IMG/VR virus record: IMGVR_UViG_3300045141_000130
Location: 1-64,000 of that record
Direction: 5' to 3' (one strand)
From: a virus
Length of the DNA: 64,000 nucleotides
A model generated the notes under the pieces. It was not told where the DNA came from and did no database searches. It saw only the letters and a list, made by a program, of their open reading frames with translations. Position numbers and translations under genes: made by a program. Below are positions 28,101 to 39,390 of the stretch, piece after piece (within the stretch, counting starts at the first letter, position 1; each line of letters starts with the position of its first letter).

Positions 28101-29537
28101 GGCCGGGGCCGCGTTCGGGTCGTTCCACCCGAGGGGCTTCCACGGCGGGCTCAGCGGCAGGCCCTTGACCCGGTTCGGCGGCTTGGCGGTGTCGAAGGTG
28201 TCGGGGCCGACCGGGATGGCCCCGTCGAACTCCGGCTCGTCACACAGGTTGGCCAGGTCGGCGACGATCAGCTTCGTGGAGTCGATCGAGTCGGCATGGA
28301 TGCGGCCCGCGTCGATGTAGCCGGTGTTGAGGATGGCGGCGTCCACCGTGCCGAACAGGCCCACGTTGGACGTGATCGAGTTGGTGGCGATGATGTCCGG
28401 CGCCTGGATCAGCTTCGTGGCCAGCAACAGCTGGGTCTGCACCACGTCCGGCAACAGGTAGGGGGCCGAGATGGCGATATGCCCGGAGGTGGTGTCGGAG
28501 AAGGCGTCGTTGACGATCTTGTCCCGATAGGGGATCCAGTTCGCCAGCTTGGTCGGATCGACCCCCTGCAGGACGTACGGGATGTTGTTGTCGTTCGGGT
28601 TGAACCACAGGTCGCCGATCACGGCATGGGAGTCAGGGCTGGTGCCGTAGAAGATGTGGTTGCCCGGCAACGCGCCGCCCGGCGGTGGCGCGTTGGCTGC
28701 TGCCTGATTGACCAGCGCCATCAGGTCGGCGTTCATCTGGTCGGTGGTGATCGACCCGTTGGTGATGCTGTCGCCGTCGATGGTGCCCACGGTGGCCGGA
28801 TTCGAGCCGCCCGGGGCGCCCGGCTGATCCAGCACGTTGTAGGCGACCAGCCGGTAGTACCAGGTGTCGCCCGGGGTCAGCGGGCCGTCGTAGAGGTCCC
28901 CCGCGCCGAGCAGTGCGCCGACCGGGACGATGTCGGACGTGGTGAACGCGGCCGAGTGCGCCCGCTGCACCTCGCAGTACTGGAAGTCGGCGGGCATCGG
29001 GACACCGCCCACCGCCAGACCGTCCCACCGGACCCGGATGACGATGCCCTCCGGGTCCACCGCAGGGGTGGACGGCGTCAGCGGCGTCCCGGCTGCCGAA
29101 CTGTTCGGCATGTCCACGACGACGATGTTGGAGAACGCCGAGACCTTGCCGTTGGCGGCGACGCAGCGCACCTTGAACTGCCAGGTCGAGTCCGGCGCAT
29201 ACCCTGCGACGACCGTCGAGCGGTCCGGGTAGTCCAGCACCGTGACCTGGGAGAAGGCGCCCGGGGTCCCGGCGCCGCCGTACTGGTAGAGGTGGCTGGT
29301 CGCCGGGGCCATCGCAGAACCGTCGGTGGCCGTGGTGGGCAGCACCCAGGTCAGCGTCACGGTGCCCAGATAGGCACCGGCCTGGTAGCGGACCCCGAGG
29401 TTGCTGGGGGTCAGCGTGACCGGGCCGCTGGGCACCCGGTTGTCGCTGCCACTGGTGCCACCGCCACCGCCGCTCTGGGTGTTGGCAGCGGTGACGGTGC
29501 TGACGGCCTGCGTGCCGACCCGGTTACGTGTGACCAA
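25143..29537 (-). CDS. Large tail tip/spike protein with Fn3-like repeats and a C-terminal intramolecular chaperone (peptidase S74-like)
   Basis: W...Y.PD..WQFKVR and YYRLVAYN Fn3 patterns; ITAxxI.AGTI repeats; TSSGRYKSKV...GFLAE...LRARVAALE C-terminus. Confidence 0.8.
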   Translation of the reverse strand: MVTRNRVGTQAVSTVTAANTQSGGGGGTSGSDNRVPSGPVTLTPSNLGVRYQAGAYLGTVTLTWVLPTTATDGSAMAPATSHLYQYGGAGTPGAFSQVTVLDYPDRSTVVAGYAPDSTWQFKVRCVAANGKVSAFSNIVVVDMPNSSAAGTPLTPSTPAVDPEGIVIRVRWDGLAVGGVPMPADFQYCEVQRAHSAAFTTSDIVPVGALLGAGDLYDGPLTPGDTWYYRLVAYNVLDQPGAPGGSNPATVGTIDGDSITNGSITTDQMNADLMALVNQAAANAPPPGGALPGNHIFYGTSPDSHAVIGDLWFNPNDNNIPYVLQGVDPTKLANWIPYRDKIVNDAFSDTTSGHIAISAPYLLPDVVQTQLLLATKLIQAPDIIATNSITSNVGLFGTVDAAILNTGYIDAGRIHADSIDSTKLIVADLANLCDEPEFDGAIPVGPDTFDTAKPPNRVKGLPLSPPWKPLGWNDPNAAPAGLNGRRSITDHPTANASTGYVYSVIGLSGASKQTIRNVRTFPALSTDQFFGQLWVRKIGAATTGTVTFALEVDLKAGGTSPDPTLSTPKTVFFSKTFLAADKPTTWTQLPILFDAQGVATPLGQNGSISPDQSGNPKPSDPSKPWTPVTQTLPTGSFQGRASIIVTNLALGQEIQIASVWVRRKGTGQLIVDGAITADHIEAGTITSGEIAAGAISATNIGVDSIYSKHIKTGTIQAGDMRADALSAFLVNAGVIRTVNMPMDTTVDPPVPIPSAKPVPPYFELSATQMIWQKDALPAPPLFQFLFGTGAMSFQSSASGTVSKWQLDTAGIRFYGSQGTAAPPTINLITKDGSAFFQGDLSGSKFTAGATPASSYLQTGSSGMRVVMDSTGLQMYNTKGSPVFALTNVPAANSPYVMLTSKPGRTNSFDAGWVLSDAGLFMYDGTHMTFGVYAAAASGHAAGDAIFRGTITASNIDALSTITGSLIQTSKSGDNPRISMNTTGDGATQVANLWVQDQYGSTLVLFKADKVATNASFTLDSNPQMTVAANVGHDQPRLLIDSLNYFRFYSGKKNSSGNWIIPFQIDFKSGSVTMIGTLTASAIIGSTIDTTSTITGAVVRTSSGTSRIEMADAGITHYLGGVALSSWSATAGINFKTDTSGARVVLSSTGLFLYPSTGSTPNVALYASNGSAHFTGSITAADGTFGGTLTAADGSFSGSISAATGSFNGIITGTINGVNASGGNVNNPGSSWGGGAYNSPSIGIGNGYLETSTGPNRIVLVGDEIQVWSGGNLRGLLYAYTASNDVTLRGYTSSDSVWFGYNSHNGGGQFQVANGTGAQGSITSAALRDSSVPAIAGYGQLYVSLTGAGYVGAYTSSGRYKSKVKSLDLDPAFMAIETSTWSDKPNLASMSVRVSHPNGRDRSTGFLAENLHKIGLRDTVVYDVHRRPMTIQQPAIMAHTVRYTQWLVDEVNELRARVAALEGAHA

Positions 29538-29601
29538 GCGACACCACCTTCGGCAGGCTGGGAATCATCCAGACCATACCTTTGGTGATGAATGGCCTTC
29601 G

Positions 29602-29934
29602 CTATTCGGCGACCGGCCCCTCGACCACCACGGTGTCGTGACCCTCGACGACAGCGTCCTCGTCCTCCGCGGCGTTCGCCTCGTCGGAACGGATGGCGGC
29701 CTCGACGCCGACGGGGTTCTCCGGGTCGGGCTCTACGCCGGAGTCGTAGGCGGAGTATCCGCCGATGTTCCGCGCCGTGATCTCGGGTGCCTCGGCGTCG
29801 TTGGCCTCGGCCTCATCGGCCTCCTTGGCCTCCAACTCCTCCTGCGTGAGTTCACCCTCCGCGCCGTAGACGACGGCGGTGCCCTCCTCGGCGGCCTTGC
29901 CCTGGGGCTCGTCCTTGCTGCTCTTGCTGGCCAT
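29602..29934 (-). CDS. Acidic hypothetical protein
   Basis: AAGGAG RBS; 110 aa Glu-rich. Confidence 0.65.
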   Translation of the reverse strand: MASKSSKDEPQGKAAEEGTAVVYGAEGELTQEELEAKEADEAEANDAEAPEITARNIGGYSAYDSGVEPDPENPVGVEAAIRSDEANAAEDEDAVVEGHDTVVVEGPVAE

Positions 29935-29973
29935 GTCTGGTCTCCTTCGTCCTTCGGTGGGGTGGGGCTCTGG

Positions 29974-30873
29974 TCAGCGATCCTTCATCAGGTGGGCGAA
30001 GTCGTCACGCCAGACCTCGCCGAACCGGGTGGTGGTCTTCAGGTAGCGAGCACGCTGCCACTTGGTGACCGCGGCCTTGGTGGTCGGGCCGAAGTCGCCA
30101 TCCACCCGTAGGCCCGCGTACTTGAGTTCGTTCATCCGGGTCTGGATCCACTTCACCCACGGCACGTCCTTGGCGACCCCGCCGCCATGGCTCTGCGGTG
30201 GACCCGACTTCAGTCCGAAGTAGTGGTTGGTCGGCAGCGGCCACGAGGTGCTGGGCGGCGGGGTGTACGGCGCCTTGACCGGAGGCTTGGCGACCGGAGG
30301 CTTGACCGGAGGCTTGGTGGCGACCCCGAGGATCGCCTTGGCCTTGACGATGTACGCGGCGACGGTGTTGGGCTTGCGGCAGAAGCCGTAGTGCATGCTG
30401 TCGTACTTCTGGCCCTGGTAACGCCCGCCCCAGTACAGGCCCAGGGATTCCAGGTCCTTGACCATCGCCGGGGGCATGTCGCACTGGAACGTGGTGCTGT
30501 ACGGATTGAACGGAGCGTTCTCGTCCACCGAGAGCGCCCCGGAATGGCCGCTGGCGCGCTGGGTGCCAGCGATCGGACGGTTGCTGTACCCCCACGGACC
30601 CCAGGACTCGTTGTTCTTCCGCGCCCACACCGCGTAGTGGTACTTGCGGTCCTGGATCTCGAAGATCAGGTTCCACAGCGGCACCAACTCCTTGCGCATG
30701 GTGACGCGCAACGTCTGGCCGGTAGTGCCGGAGGTGTAGTTGGTGGTGCCCAGCAGACTGGCCGGGACACCCTTGGGCCAGGAGTGTCCGCCCCACGCGG
30801 CGAAGTCACCGTTGGCCGGATAGCCAGCGTTGGGGTTGCTCGTGCCATAGGCAGATCGGGCGTAGTTGGTCAT
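29974..30873 (-). CDS. Endolysin: M15-type peptidase plus peptidoglycan-binding domain
   Basis: WGYSNR...SGHSGALSVD...WGG...DSMH metal motifs; PPVK linker; VKWIQ..M...VDGDFGPTTKAAVTKWQ PG-binding domain. Confidence 0.88.
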   Translation of the reverse strand: MTNYARSAYGTSNPNAGYPANGDFAAWGGHSWPKGVPASLLGTTNYTSGTTGQTLRVTMRKELVPLWNLIFEIQDRKYHYAVWARKNNESWGPWGYSNRPIAGTQRASGHSGALSVDENAPFNPYSTTFQCDMPPAMVKDLESLGLYWGGRYQGQKYDSMHYGFCRKPNTVAAYIVKAKAILGVATKPPVKPPVAKPPVKAPYTPPPSTSWPLPTNHYFGLKSGPPQSHGGGVAKDVPWVKWIQTRMNELKYAGLRVDGDFGPTTKAAVTKWQRARYLKTTTRFGEVWRDDFAHLMKDR

Positions 30874-30986
30874 CGAGGTGATCCTCCCACTCGTACAAAG
30901 ACGCGGACCCGGCTAAAGTGTGAGCGTCCTCCCAAGGAGCATGGGGTTGACAACAGGGCCCGCTGAAGAGCGGGTCCTGTTGTGTC

Positions 30987-33900
30987 TCAGGCTCCGACGT
31001 ACTGCACCGAGATGTATGCCGTGCCCGTGCTGGCGGTGGCCTGTCCGGTTTGGTAGAGGAACAAGCTGATCTTGTCGCCCGCGTTCAACGCGACGACCCC
31101 GGAACCGTTGCTGTACCAGGCGTAGGACGCTGCCATGTTGGCGTTGACCACGTAGATCTGGGTGTTGGTGGCACTGTTGACCCCCAGCACCAGCTGCCTG
31201 ATTCCGGCGGCAGAGGTGTTCTGCATGGACGCCTGCAGGGCGATCAGATACTTGCCAGCGACCGGTACGACGATCCGGCCGCTGTTCAGGCCCAGGCCGC
31301 CAGCCTGGAAGACGGCGGTGTTCATCAACTTCTCGGTGAACACCCCGGTGTTGATGTCGTTCGACCCGGCGGTTGCGCTGTAGTTGCCGTAGGCATTGGC
31401 CCCGTCCATCGACCAGTTGCCCCAGGTCGTCACGAACTGGCGGGTCCAGTGGCGGACACCGCTGCTCGTGGGGACGTAGACGTCCTGGATGTAGAACTGT
31501 CCGCCGTTCAGCGACCGGTGTTCGAGGAGCCCGCTGGAGGCTGCGGCCTCCGGCCCGTTGGCGGGCATGCTGCCGTTGATCCAGTCGTACCAACCGGACA
31601 CGGTGAGCGAGTTGCAGTCGTTCCCCGAGAGCAGCCTGACCGGCGCGAAGGTGGTCGGCACCTGGTTGACCATTGGCACCCAGGGACTGGACGAGGCCGA
31701 CAGCAACGTGCGGAACCAGATGTCCGGAGTCGAACTGGACTGCCGGACCCAGAACTGCCAGCACTGCGTGCCGTTCGAGTTGATCGTCGTGACCGAGGCT
31801 GCGTTGCCGAAGGGGAAGCCACCGTCCGCACCTCCCTGTGCGGTCGAGAGGGTGAAGACCGACACTCCCAGCGGGTACGCGCCACCGAAGGATGCCGACG
31901 GAACCGGCGCTGGCAGGAGGACGACGTTGGCGCCGTTCCCGGAGAACTGCTGCCACGCCGTCCAACCGGAGGTGTTGCCCGAGCGGACGTAGCCAGCCGT
32001 GATCGCACCGGCGGTACCGGCGGCGTAGGTGACCATCTGCGTGGTCGAGGACGAACCGGGGACCCGCCAAGTGGTGACGATGCTGGTCATGCCCTGCGGC
32101 CAGCCACCGGTGGTGGCCTGGGTGTTCGTCAGGGACCAGCAGGAGATGCCGGTCGGATAGGTCGAGTAGTCGTCGGTGGCGTTCTTGTCGCCCGAGAACC
32201 ACACCGTGACACCAGGGTCGATGGCGGTCGCCAACGCCTGGATAGCCGCCGGACCGGCCTGCACCGCGTCCGTACTCAGCGGGTAGGGCAGGCCCTTCGT
32301 CGTCGCACCGCGGACGTCCGCACCCGCAGGCTGCGCACCCCACGAGTTCGAGGTCAGCGCGATCGCCCCCACGCTGGCGGCGGTGAGCGTGGACCACGCG
32401 GTGGCGAAGTCGGTGGCCGAGGTCTTGGTGAGCGCCTGACCGGTGGTGCCGCCTGCGGCCACGCCCGGCCCTGCCGGACCCGTCGTGCCCTGCGGCCCGG
32501 TGGAACCGGTAGGCCCGGTCGGTCCGGTGGCGCCGGTCGTCCCCTGCGCGCCCTGCACGCCCTGCGTGCCCTGCGGTCCGGTCGGCCCCGGCACCGGCCG
32601 GGAGAACGTCATGAAGATCACTTGGGACTCGGGCGGGAAAGAGCCCACCATGCTGTCGACCGGGATCTTCCAGCTGGCGTTCGCCGCCGAGACGGCCACC
32701 CCGGTGACCCGGGCGGTGATCGTGCTGGTTCCCCAGGTGACGGTGACCCAGTCGCCGGACTTCAACGCCTGGATCTGGATGGACCGGTCGATGCCGCCGT
32801 TCTGCTTCCCCACCATCCACAGCTGGGGGGTGGTGATCTGCACCTGGCCGTTCTGGGCGGGACTGGACCCGCTGGTGTAGTTCCAGTAGTCCTGGAGCAT
32901 CAGCGCGTCCGGCGGCCCCTGCGGGCCGGTGGGGCCGGTGGCGCCCGGATTCCCCTGCGTCCCCTGACTTCCCGTGGGGCCCGTGCTGCCCGTCGGACCC
33001 TGGGTGCCGATCGGGCCCTTGAGGTTGCCCGCCAGGGTCCAGGTGCTCGCCCCGGTCTTGACGTAGGTGTCCCCGTTGGCGGTGTTCAGGTAGTGGTCGT
33101 TGACCACGCCCGTACCGGTGCCCGGCACGCCCGAACCCTGGAACCACACCGAACCCGCGGTGCCGGTGGTGCCGGTCGGGCCAGGGTTGCCCTGCGGCCC
33201 CTGGCTTCCCGTCGCGCCACCACTGCCGGTGGCACCGGCGGGACCCTGCGGCCCGACAGGCAGTCGCATGAACGTCACGGCGACGAACGTGCCGGAGCCG
33301 TAGTTCTTCCAGCCGACGATCGACGTCAGGCTGACGGTCCAGACACTGCCCGCCACCGTCGGCTTGACGGACAGGACACCCGACATCACGTCGTTGTTCG
33401 ATCCGGCCACGAACAGGGCCGTGTCGCCGATCGCAAGGCCGTTGAACTGGGCGGTGTGGTCGACGGCGTAGAGGTCGGTGCGGTTGAAGGTCAGGACCGC
33501 ACCAGTGGCGCTCCAGACCACGACACCGGAGACACTCGCGTCGCCCTGCGTGCCCCATGAACCCGTGAGGATGGTGCCACCGGGATTGCCCTGGACTCCC
33601 TGGACCCCCTGGGCCCCGGTGGTGCCCGCAGTGCCCTGCGGCCCCTGGGTGCCCTGCGGGCCCTTGATGCTCCCGCTGTAGGACCAACTACCGCTGTGGT
33701 AGTTGAAGACGTCGCCGCTGGCCGGGTAGATGAACTGGTCGCCCTCGTGCGGACTGGGCACGTTGCCGTAGTCGCCGTACGGGTTGCCGGAGGTGTACCA
33801 CACCGCACCGGGCGTTCCGATTGGACCCTGCGGCCCGGTGAGGTTGCCCTGCTTGGTCCAGGTGCTCGCCGCCGTCTTGGTGTAGGTGTCGCCGTTGGCG

Positions 33901-35318
33901 GTGTTCAGGTACAGGTCGCCCACCACGCCGGTGGCCGGGTTGGGGGCGGAGGTGCCGTAGTACCAGGTCGATCCGCTCGGTCCGGCCGGGCCGGTCGTGC
34001 CGGTGGCACCTGCCGGGCCCTGCGGCCCGGCACCACCCGTCGTGCCGGGCGGGCCCTGGATCCCCTGACTGCCGGTCGGCCCGGTCGGGCCGGTCGGGCC
34101 CGGGTCGCCCTTCGTGCCGGTGCCAGCCGGGCCGATGTCGCCCTGTGGTCCCTGCGAGCCAGCCGGGCCGACAGGCCCGAGCGGTCCCTGGTCGCCGGTC
34201 GGCCCTGCGGCGCCCGTCGCACCGGTGGTGCCTGCCGGGCCGACCGCGCCCGCGTTGCCCTGCGCGCCGGGGGGGCCGATGGCGCCGGTGGCGCCGGTGG
34301 GGCCGGTGCTGCCCTGCGGGCCGGTCGGTCCTGCCGGTCCGGTCGCCCCCGGCGGGCCGACGATGACGCCCGCGTCCACCCACTTGGTGCCGTCCCACAC
34401 CCACAGGTGGCCGGTGTCGACGGTGATGTAGGCGACGCCCGTCGAGGTGGCGTCCAGCCCGGCGGGCAGCGACGCCTGGTTGGGCACCGAACCCTTGATG
34501 TTGACACCGGTGCCGGGCGCACCGGTAGCCCCGGTCGGACCCTGCAGGCCGGTCGGCCCGGCAGGGCCCTGCACACCGGGATCGCCACGAGGGCCCTGGG
34601 TGCCGACACTGCCGGTGGCGCCCTGCGGACCTTGGGCCCCGGTCTGCCCGGTGGTGCCGGGCGGCCCGGCCGGTCCCTGGACGCCCGTCCCGGTGGCGCC
34701 GGTATTGCCCTGCGGCCCCTGGGCTCCGGTGCTACCGGTCGGCCCGGCAGGACCGGTCGCACCCGGAGGCCCGAGTGGGCCGACCGGACCTTGCGAGCCG
34801 GTCGGCCCGGCAGGACCTGTCACGCCCGGAGGGCCGGGCACCGGGGCGACGACCCGCGAGACCTGCATCAGCGTGGCGGGCGCCGGGACCGTGCCCTGCT
34901 GGGTGACGGTGCCGGTGTAACGGCTCATACCCGCGGCACCGGCCGTCACCACCGTCGCCGCGGTGATCACCATGACGAAGCCCTCGCGGACCGGGTCACG
35001 CACCACCAGGTACTCGCCGACCTGGGCGTCGGCGCTCCACATCACGCCGTGGAAGTCGGTGTGGTGCAGATAGACGTCGACGACGGAGTTGAGGGGGGCG
35101 TTGCTCGGCACCACGCCGACCTGGCCCGTCGCGGGCGCCTGATTGTTTGCGACGTAGCCCCACTGGCCGGACTCGACGGTGTTGCCGGGAGGGCCGATGG
35201 GGCCGTTCGGGCCCTGCAGGTTACCGGCCAGTACGGGGTTGTTGGCCGAGTCCAACGGATTGATCGCGTAGCCCAGTGCACTGCGCATCGGGCCGATCAG
35301 TGTGGGCGCCGCCATCAC
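30987..35318 (-). CDS. Collagen-like tail fibre (1443 aa)
   Basis: Long Gly-X-Y runs interrupted by globular modules; C1q-like C-terminus. Confidence 0.85.
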   Translation of the reverse strand: MMAAPTLIGPMRSALGYAINPLDSANNPVLAGNLQGPNGPIGPPGNTVESGQWGYVANNQAPATGQVGVVPSNAPLNSVVDVYLHHTDFHGVMWSADAQVGEYLVVRDPVREGFVMVITAATVVTAGAAGMSRYTGTVTQQGTVPAPATLMQVSRVVAPVPGPPGVTGPAGPTGSQGPVGPLGPPGATGPAGPTGSTGAQGPQGNTGATGTGVQGPAGPPGTTGQTGAQGPQGATGSVGTQGPRGDPGVQGPAGPTGLQGPTGATGAPGTGVNIKGSVPNQASLPAGLDATSTGVAYITVDTGHLWVWDGTKWVDAGVIVGPPGATGPAGPTGPQGSTGPTGATGAIGPPGAQGNAGAVGPAGTTGATGAAGPTGDQGPLGPVGPAGSQGPQGDIGPAGTGTKGDPGPTGPTGPTGSQGIQGPPGTTGGAGPQGPAGATGTTGPAGPSGSTWYYGTSAPNPATGVVGDLYLNTANGDTYTKTAASTWTKQGNLTGPQGPIGTPGAVWYTSGNPYGDYGNVPSPHEGDQFIYPASGDVFNYHSGSWSYSGSIKGPQGTQGPQGTAGTTGAQGVQGVQGNPGGTILTGSWGTQGDASVSGVVVWSATGAVLTFNRTDLYAVDHTAQFNGLAIGDTALFVAGSNNDVMSGVLSVKPTVAGSVWTVSLTSIVGWKNYGSGTFVAVTFMRLPVGPQGPAGATGSGGATGSQGPQGNPGPTGTTGTAGSVWFQGSGVPGTGTGVVNDHYLNTANGDTYVKTGASTWTLAGNLKGPIGTQGPTGSTGPTGSQGTQGNPGATGPTGPQGPPDALMLQDYWNYTSGSSPAQNGQVQITTPQLWMVGKQNGGIDRSIQIQALKSGDWVTVTWGTSTITARVTGVAVSAANASWKIPVDSMVGSFPPESQVIFMTFSRPVPGPTGPQGTQGVQGAQGTTGATGPTGPTGSTGPQGTTGPAGPGVAAGGTTGQALTKTSATDFATAWSTLTAASVGAIALTSNSWGAQPAGADVRGATTKGLPYPLSTDAVQAGPAAIQALATAIDPGVTVWFSGDKNATDDYSTYPTGISCWSLTNTQATTGGWPQGMTSIVTTWRVPGSSSTTQMVTYAAGTAGAITAGYVRSGNTSGWTAWQQFSGNGANVVLLPAPVPSASFGGAYPLGVSVFTLSTAQGGADGGFPFGNAASVTTINSNGTQCWQFWVRQSSSTPDIWFRTLLSASSSPWVPMVNQVPTTFAPVRLLSGNDCNSLTVSGWYDWINGSMPANGPEAAASSGLLEHRSLNGGQFYIQDVYVPTSSGVRHWTRQFVTTWGNWSMDGANAYGNYSATAGSNDINTGVFTEKLMNTAVFQAGGLGLNSGRIVVPVAGKYLIALQASMQNTSAAGIRQLVLGVNSATNTQIYVVNANMAASYAWYSNGSGVVALNAGDKISLFLYQTGQATASTGTAYISVQYVGA

Positions 35319-35989
35319 AGCGTCCAGACGTTGCCGGTGTCGACGTCGAGGTACAGGTCACCTGCGATCGAGCCGTGCACCGGCGGCACCGGTGCGCCGT
35401 GCCCGGTGAACCAGGCGGTGCCACGCGGACCTGTCGGCCCCGGTGGGCCCGCCAGCCCGGTCGGCCCGGTCGGTCCCGGCGGACCGCCGGACGGACCGGG
35501 GACGCCCTGCGGACCCGGCGCACCGGCAGGGCCGACCGTCACCGACTGCCCGGTACTGGACGGCACCGGCGAGTTCAAGGTGATGTCGTAGCTGCCGTCC
35601 GGGCTGGCGTTGTTGAACCCCATCGAGAAGTTGGCCGGGCTGCGGCCCGGGATGTCCACGGTGACGCCCAGTGTGTACTTGTTCGGCGTCAGGTCGGTGT
35701 CGTTGGGGTTGATCACCCACACGCCCTGGTTGCCCTCGGCGTCGAGCATGTAGCCCTGGTTATCCACCTGACAGACGATCTTCTGCAGGTAGATCGTGGC
35801 CGGTGGGACGCTGCCGATGTCGAACACCCGGTCCACCGGGAACTTCAGCGTGACCGTGGACCCGGCGGGCACCGCCTTCCAGTCCGGGTTCGCATCCGGG
35901 TCTGCAGGCGAGTCGGCCCATACGTCCAGCAGCCGGTAGGTGATCTTGACGTAGCTGACGTTCGGGTCGGGTGTCACAGGCGAGGACAC
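35315..35989 (-). CDS. Short collagen-containing virion protein
   Basis: Gly-X-Y run and GDLYLD module; start approximate. Confidence 0.65.
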   Translation of the reverse strand: MSSPVTPDPNVSYVKITYRLLDVWADSPADPDANPDWKAVPAGSTVTLKFPVDRVFDIGSVPPATIYLQKIVCQVDNQGYMLDAEGNQGVWVINPNDTDLTPNKYTLGVTVDIPGRSPANFSMGFNNASPDGSYDITLNSPVPSSTGQSVTVGPAGAPGPQGVPGPSGGPPGPTGPTGLAGPPGPTGPRGTAWFTGHGAPVPPVHGSIAGDLYLDVDTGNVWTL

Positions 35990-36044
35990 GAGCACTCCCC
36001 TTCCGACGAACCTGCCCCTATCGTCGCGGCGCCAGCCAGACGCA

Positions 36045-38087
36045 CTAGCTGGCGACCCGCTGCACCGACAGGCGCCGGTTGCCGAGCGTCGCGTTCGCGG
36101 CGGCGTTGTGGAAGAACCAGACACCTATCGTGTCGCCGATGTTGTAGGGGATCAGCCACGACCCGCAGGCCACCCAGGAACTGGCGTCGCAGAAGTTGCT
36201 GACCCGATAGAAGCCGCTGCCCACGGCCGACAGGGAGCCCAGGCTGACGGTGGCGGTGACGTTGCCCCCGGCGTTGCCGTTCATGGTGAGCACCAGGTCC
36301 ACCCGGTACATCCCGGCCCGGTTGATCTGGAAGCCGTTGCCGCTGGGCACTATGTCGGTGCCGTTGTTGGCCTCATTGGTCGTAGCGATCGGCACCACGA
36401 CGTAGGCACCGGGCGCGATCGACGGCGCGGTGGTGGAGTTGCGGCTGTAGTAGGACGGATCGCCCAGCTGGATCCACGGGGCGTTGCTGGCGGACAGCAT
36501 GTTGCGGTACCACATGTCGGTGGCGGTCGTGTCCTGCCGCGCCCAGATCTGGTAGCCCGCAACGGTACTGCTCTGCCGCCAGGTCACCACCTGGCCCGCG
36601 GTGGAGGTGGCACCGAGCGGCCAGCCGCCATCGGTGGCCGACTGGGCTGCGGTCAGCGCGAACATCGACATGCCGACCGGATAGGCGCTGATGGACGCCG
36701 CGCTGGCGAGCACAGCCTGGTTCGGGATGACGAACTGACCGTCCGTGGTGGACCACACCATCGCGTAGTCCGTGCCGGAGGACTTGATCAGCGGCCTGCC
36801 CACCGAGCCGCCTGCGGGGACCCCCTGGGTGGCCAACGCCGCAGCCGGGGTGAGGTCGCCGGGCGCCAAGGTGTGCCAGACCGAGTCGTAGCCAGCGGCC
36901 GAGTTCTTCATCAGGAACTGACCGGCGCTGCCCGCGGGATAGGTGGGCGGTCCCGGCAGGCCCTGGCCGGACGGTGTGGCGCCGACGTCGACCGGGCCCA
37001 GGATCTTCCACAGCGTGTCGAAGTCGGCCGAGGTGTTCTTGATCAGCGAGGCGGCCGGTACGCCGCCCGTCTTCACCCCCGGCCCGGCCGGGCCGACCGA
37101 GCCGGTGGGGCCGGTGGGACCTGCCGCACCGGTGGAGCCGACAGGGCCCTGGTTGCCCTGCGCGCCCTTGATGTTGCCCTGCAGGCTCCAGGTGCTGGAC
37201 CCGGTCTTGAGGTACAGGTCGCCGTTGGTGTTGTTGACGTACACGTCGCCGGTGGCACCCAGCGTCCCGGCCGGAACGCCGGTGCCGAACAGCCAGCGCG
37301 AGCCGGGCGTGCCCGGTGCCCCGGTGAGCCCGGCCGGGCCCTGGCCGCCGGGCGCACCCAGCATCGAGCCCTGGCCCACCCAGGTGGTGCCCGACTTGGC
37401 GTAGACGTTGCCGGTGTCGTTGGCCATGTAGGCATCGCCACTGGTGCCCAGGCCTGTGGCCGGTGCGCCGGTGCCGAACCACCACACGGAGCCGGGCACA
37501 CCGGGCGCCCCTGATGCACCCGGCGGCCCGGCCGTTCCAGGTGGGCCCTGCGGTCCCGGCACACCTGGCGACCCGTCCTGCCCGTCCTGCCCGTCGACGC
37601 CGGAAGGGCCGGGTGGACCTGTGGGACCGGTGGGCCCTGTGGGCTTGGCACCCTCGACCATGAACACGCCGGTGACCGGATCGAAGGTGATGGTGAACGG
37701 CCCGCCGGTGTTGACCACGTCCTGCTGTGCGGTGTCCAGCAGGACCGCAGCGATGAGCGGCGAGGTGGCCGGGTCGCCGGTCTGCTTGTAGACCAGCGCC
37801 CAGTAGCAGGTCAGCGTCGCGCCGCCGGGCACCGTCCAGGACGCCGGGCCGGACAGCCATGCCGTGAAGCCGGGCGGGTTGGTGACGGTCCGGTTGGGCA
37901 ACGCAACGCCGCCCGCGGTGTAGCCCGCGCCGTCGGCGATCTCGACCGCACCCAGGTCGGCGAAGAACTCGTCGGTGTGGTCCAGGGCGTAGCCGTGGGT
38001 GAGCAACGCGCAGCGCACGTCGTCGTTGACCCAGTCGACGTCGGCGTCCAGGTGGAATACCGCACGGTCGTAGACGTAGGTCTGCAT
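36045..38087 (-). CDS. Collagen-like tail fibre (680 aa)
   Basis: Gly-X-Y runs; GYTAGG N-terminal domain; modules shared with 30987..35318. Confidence 0.85.
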   Translation of the reverse strand: MQTYVYDRAVFHLDADVDWVNDDVRCALLTHGYALDHTDEFFADLGAVEIADGAGYTAGGVALPNRTVTNPPGFTAWLSGPASWTVPGGATLTCYWALVYKQTGDPATSPLIAAVLLDTAQQDVVNTGGPFTITFDPVTGVFMVEGAKPTGPTGPTGPPGPSGVDGQDGQDGSPGVPGPQGPPGTAGPPGASGAPGVPGSVWWFGTGAPATGLGTSGDAYMANDTGNVYAKSGTTWVGQGSMLGAPGGQGPAGLTGAPGTPGSRWLFGTGVPAGTLGATGDVYVNNTNGDLYLKTGSSTWSLQGNIKGAQGNQGPVGSTGAAGPTGPTGSVGPAGPGVKTGGVPAASLIKNTSADFDTLWKILGPVDVGATPSGQGLPGPPTYPAGSAGQFLMKNSAAGYDSVWHTLAPGDLTPAAALATQGVPAGGSVGRPLIKSSGTDYAMVWSTTDGQFVIPNQAVLASAASISAYPVGMSMFALTAAQSATDGGWPLGATSTAGQVVTWRQSSTVAGYQIWARQDTTATDMWYRNMLSASNAPWIQLGDPSYYSRNSTTAPSIAPGAYVVVPIATTNEANNGTDIVPSGNGFQINRAGMYRVDLVLTMNGNAGGNVTATVSLGSLSAVGSGFYRVSNFCDASSWVACGSWLIPYNIGDTIGVWFFHNAAANATLGNRRLSVQRVAS

Positions 38088-38088
38088 G

Positions 38089-38328
38089 TCAGGTCCTGAT
38101 CACACCGAGCCGCGAGGCGACCCCATCCACCCGCAGCCACACCTGATGGCCGGTGTATTCGCTGCGGAAGACGATGGCGGCGGTGCGCCTGCCCCGGCCG
38201 TCGTAGTCGCGGAACGCGGACTGCCAGTCGTTGTCCTTGGGGTCGTCGGACACCGCGATGTGCACCACCGCGATGTCGTCGGCGTCGCAGGGCACGGAGA
38301 GCCAGCCGCCGTCCACGGCTGGGCGCAT
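38089..38328 (-). CDS. Hypothetical protein
   Basis: Coupled ORF in the virion operon. Confidence 0.55.
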   Translation of the reverse strand: MRPAVDGGWLSVPCDADDIAVVHIAVSDDPKDNDWQSAFRDYDGRGRRTAAIVFRSEYTGHQVWLRVDGVASRLGVIRT

Positions 38329-38651
38329 CAGAGCACCGTCACGGTGTCGAGCTTGCGCACGATGTTCTCGGTGGCGGTCTTGACCAGGGCCCAGCGCTGG
38401 TAGACGCCCGCCACCAACTGGATGTCGCCACCGGGGCCGACGAGGGTGAGGATGTCGATGTTGCTGCCGTCGGCCATGGGGTTGGGCGGCACGACGAGGG
38501 TGGACTGCTGGAAGTCGGCCAGCGTCGGCGTGTGGTTGGGGTCGACGCCGTGGTAGACGCCCACCCAGGTGATGTCGGCGGCGGAGCCGCGCTTCATGGT
38601 GATCGCGTTGGCGGTGTACTCGGTTCCCGGCGAGTACAGGGTGATGGCCAT
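38328..38651 (-). CDS. Hypothetical virion protein
   Basis: AGGAG RBS; beta-rich 107 aa. Confidence 0.65.
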   Translation of the reverse strand: MAITLYSPGTEYTANAITMKRGSAADITWVGVYHGVDPNHTPTLADFQQSTLVVPPNPMADGSNIDILTLVGPGGDIQLVAGVYQRWALVKTATENIVRKLDTVTVL

Positions 38652-38654
38652 CGT

Positions 38655-38978
38655 CTAGCTCCTGTTCCGCTGCACTCGGGTGCTGCCGATGTCGGCACTG
38701 AGGCGGGTGCCGCCCATGCCGAACTGGGCTGAACTACTGGTATTCGGGTCCACGGCCCAGCTGATGCGCGTCTCGGCGATGTCGGCCGAGCTTGTCCGTG
38801 TGGGGGCTACGGACAGCGCCGCCCGTAGGCGGGCGTAGTCGATGGCGGTGGACGGGCGCGTGGGACCGATGTCGACGGTGACGTCCCGGCCGCGGGAGGT
38901 GTACAGCAGCGGCGGCTGCGGCGCCGAGTACTCCACGACGCCCGAGGTGACGTGGATGTTCAGGGTGGACTGGGTCAT
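38655..38978 (-). CDS. Hypothetical protein, first gene of the virion block
   Basis: RBS-like GAGGTAGGGA; coupled to the next gene. Confidence 0.55.
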   Translation of the reverse strand: MTQSTLNIHVTSGVVEYSAPQPPLLYTSRGRDVTVDIGPTRPSTAIDYARLRAALSVAPTRTSSADIAETRISWAVDPNTSSSAQFGMGGTRLSADIGSTRVQRNRS

Positions 38979-39128
38979 CGGTCCCTACCTCTCAGCACCG
39001 ATCGTCCCAGCAGCGACCAGACGCAAAGACGCCCCCGACCCGAAAGCCGAGGGCGCCACCCAGGGCGGTGAGCCGCTCACGCGCTCGAAGGCGACAGGCG
39101 GACTAGACGGCCCCAGGCACGAAGAAGG

Positions 39129-39296
39129 CTAGCCCTCTTCGCCTTCCGGCCCCCGCACGGAGTCGAGCAGGTCACGGAAGGCGTCGAGCAGCCGTCCGGC
39201 TGCGGCCTCGGCCTCCTGGTACCGCTCGGTGTAGTCGCGCAGCGCGTCCTCGGCCCGGCCGAGAAGGTCTTGCACGGGGGTGGCGGGATCGGTCAT
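39129..39296 (-). CDS. Hypothetical protein
   Basis: GGAGAG RBS before MTDPATP. Confidence 0.55.
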   Translation of the reverse strand: MTDPATPVQDLLGRAEDALRDYTERYQEAEAAAGRLLDAFRDLLDSVRGPEGEEG

Positions 39297-39390
39297 GGCA
39301 CTCTCCGGTGTCCGAGGATGAACAGGATGCAGGCGATGGCGAACAGTACTCCCCAAATGACGCCTACGACGTAGAAGGTCGTCTGCCAGT

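Noticed and set aside
30987-38087. Diversity-generating retroelement acting on fibre genes
   Set aside because: No reverse transcriptase and no template/variable repeat pair differing at adenines was seen
312-39000. Long plus-strand ORFs (e.g. 13476..16259, 17978..20227, 31050..33560)
   Set aside because: Antisense shadows of real minus-strand genes, typical of high-GC codon usage
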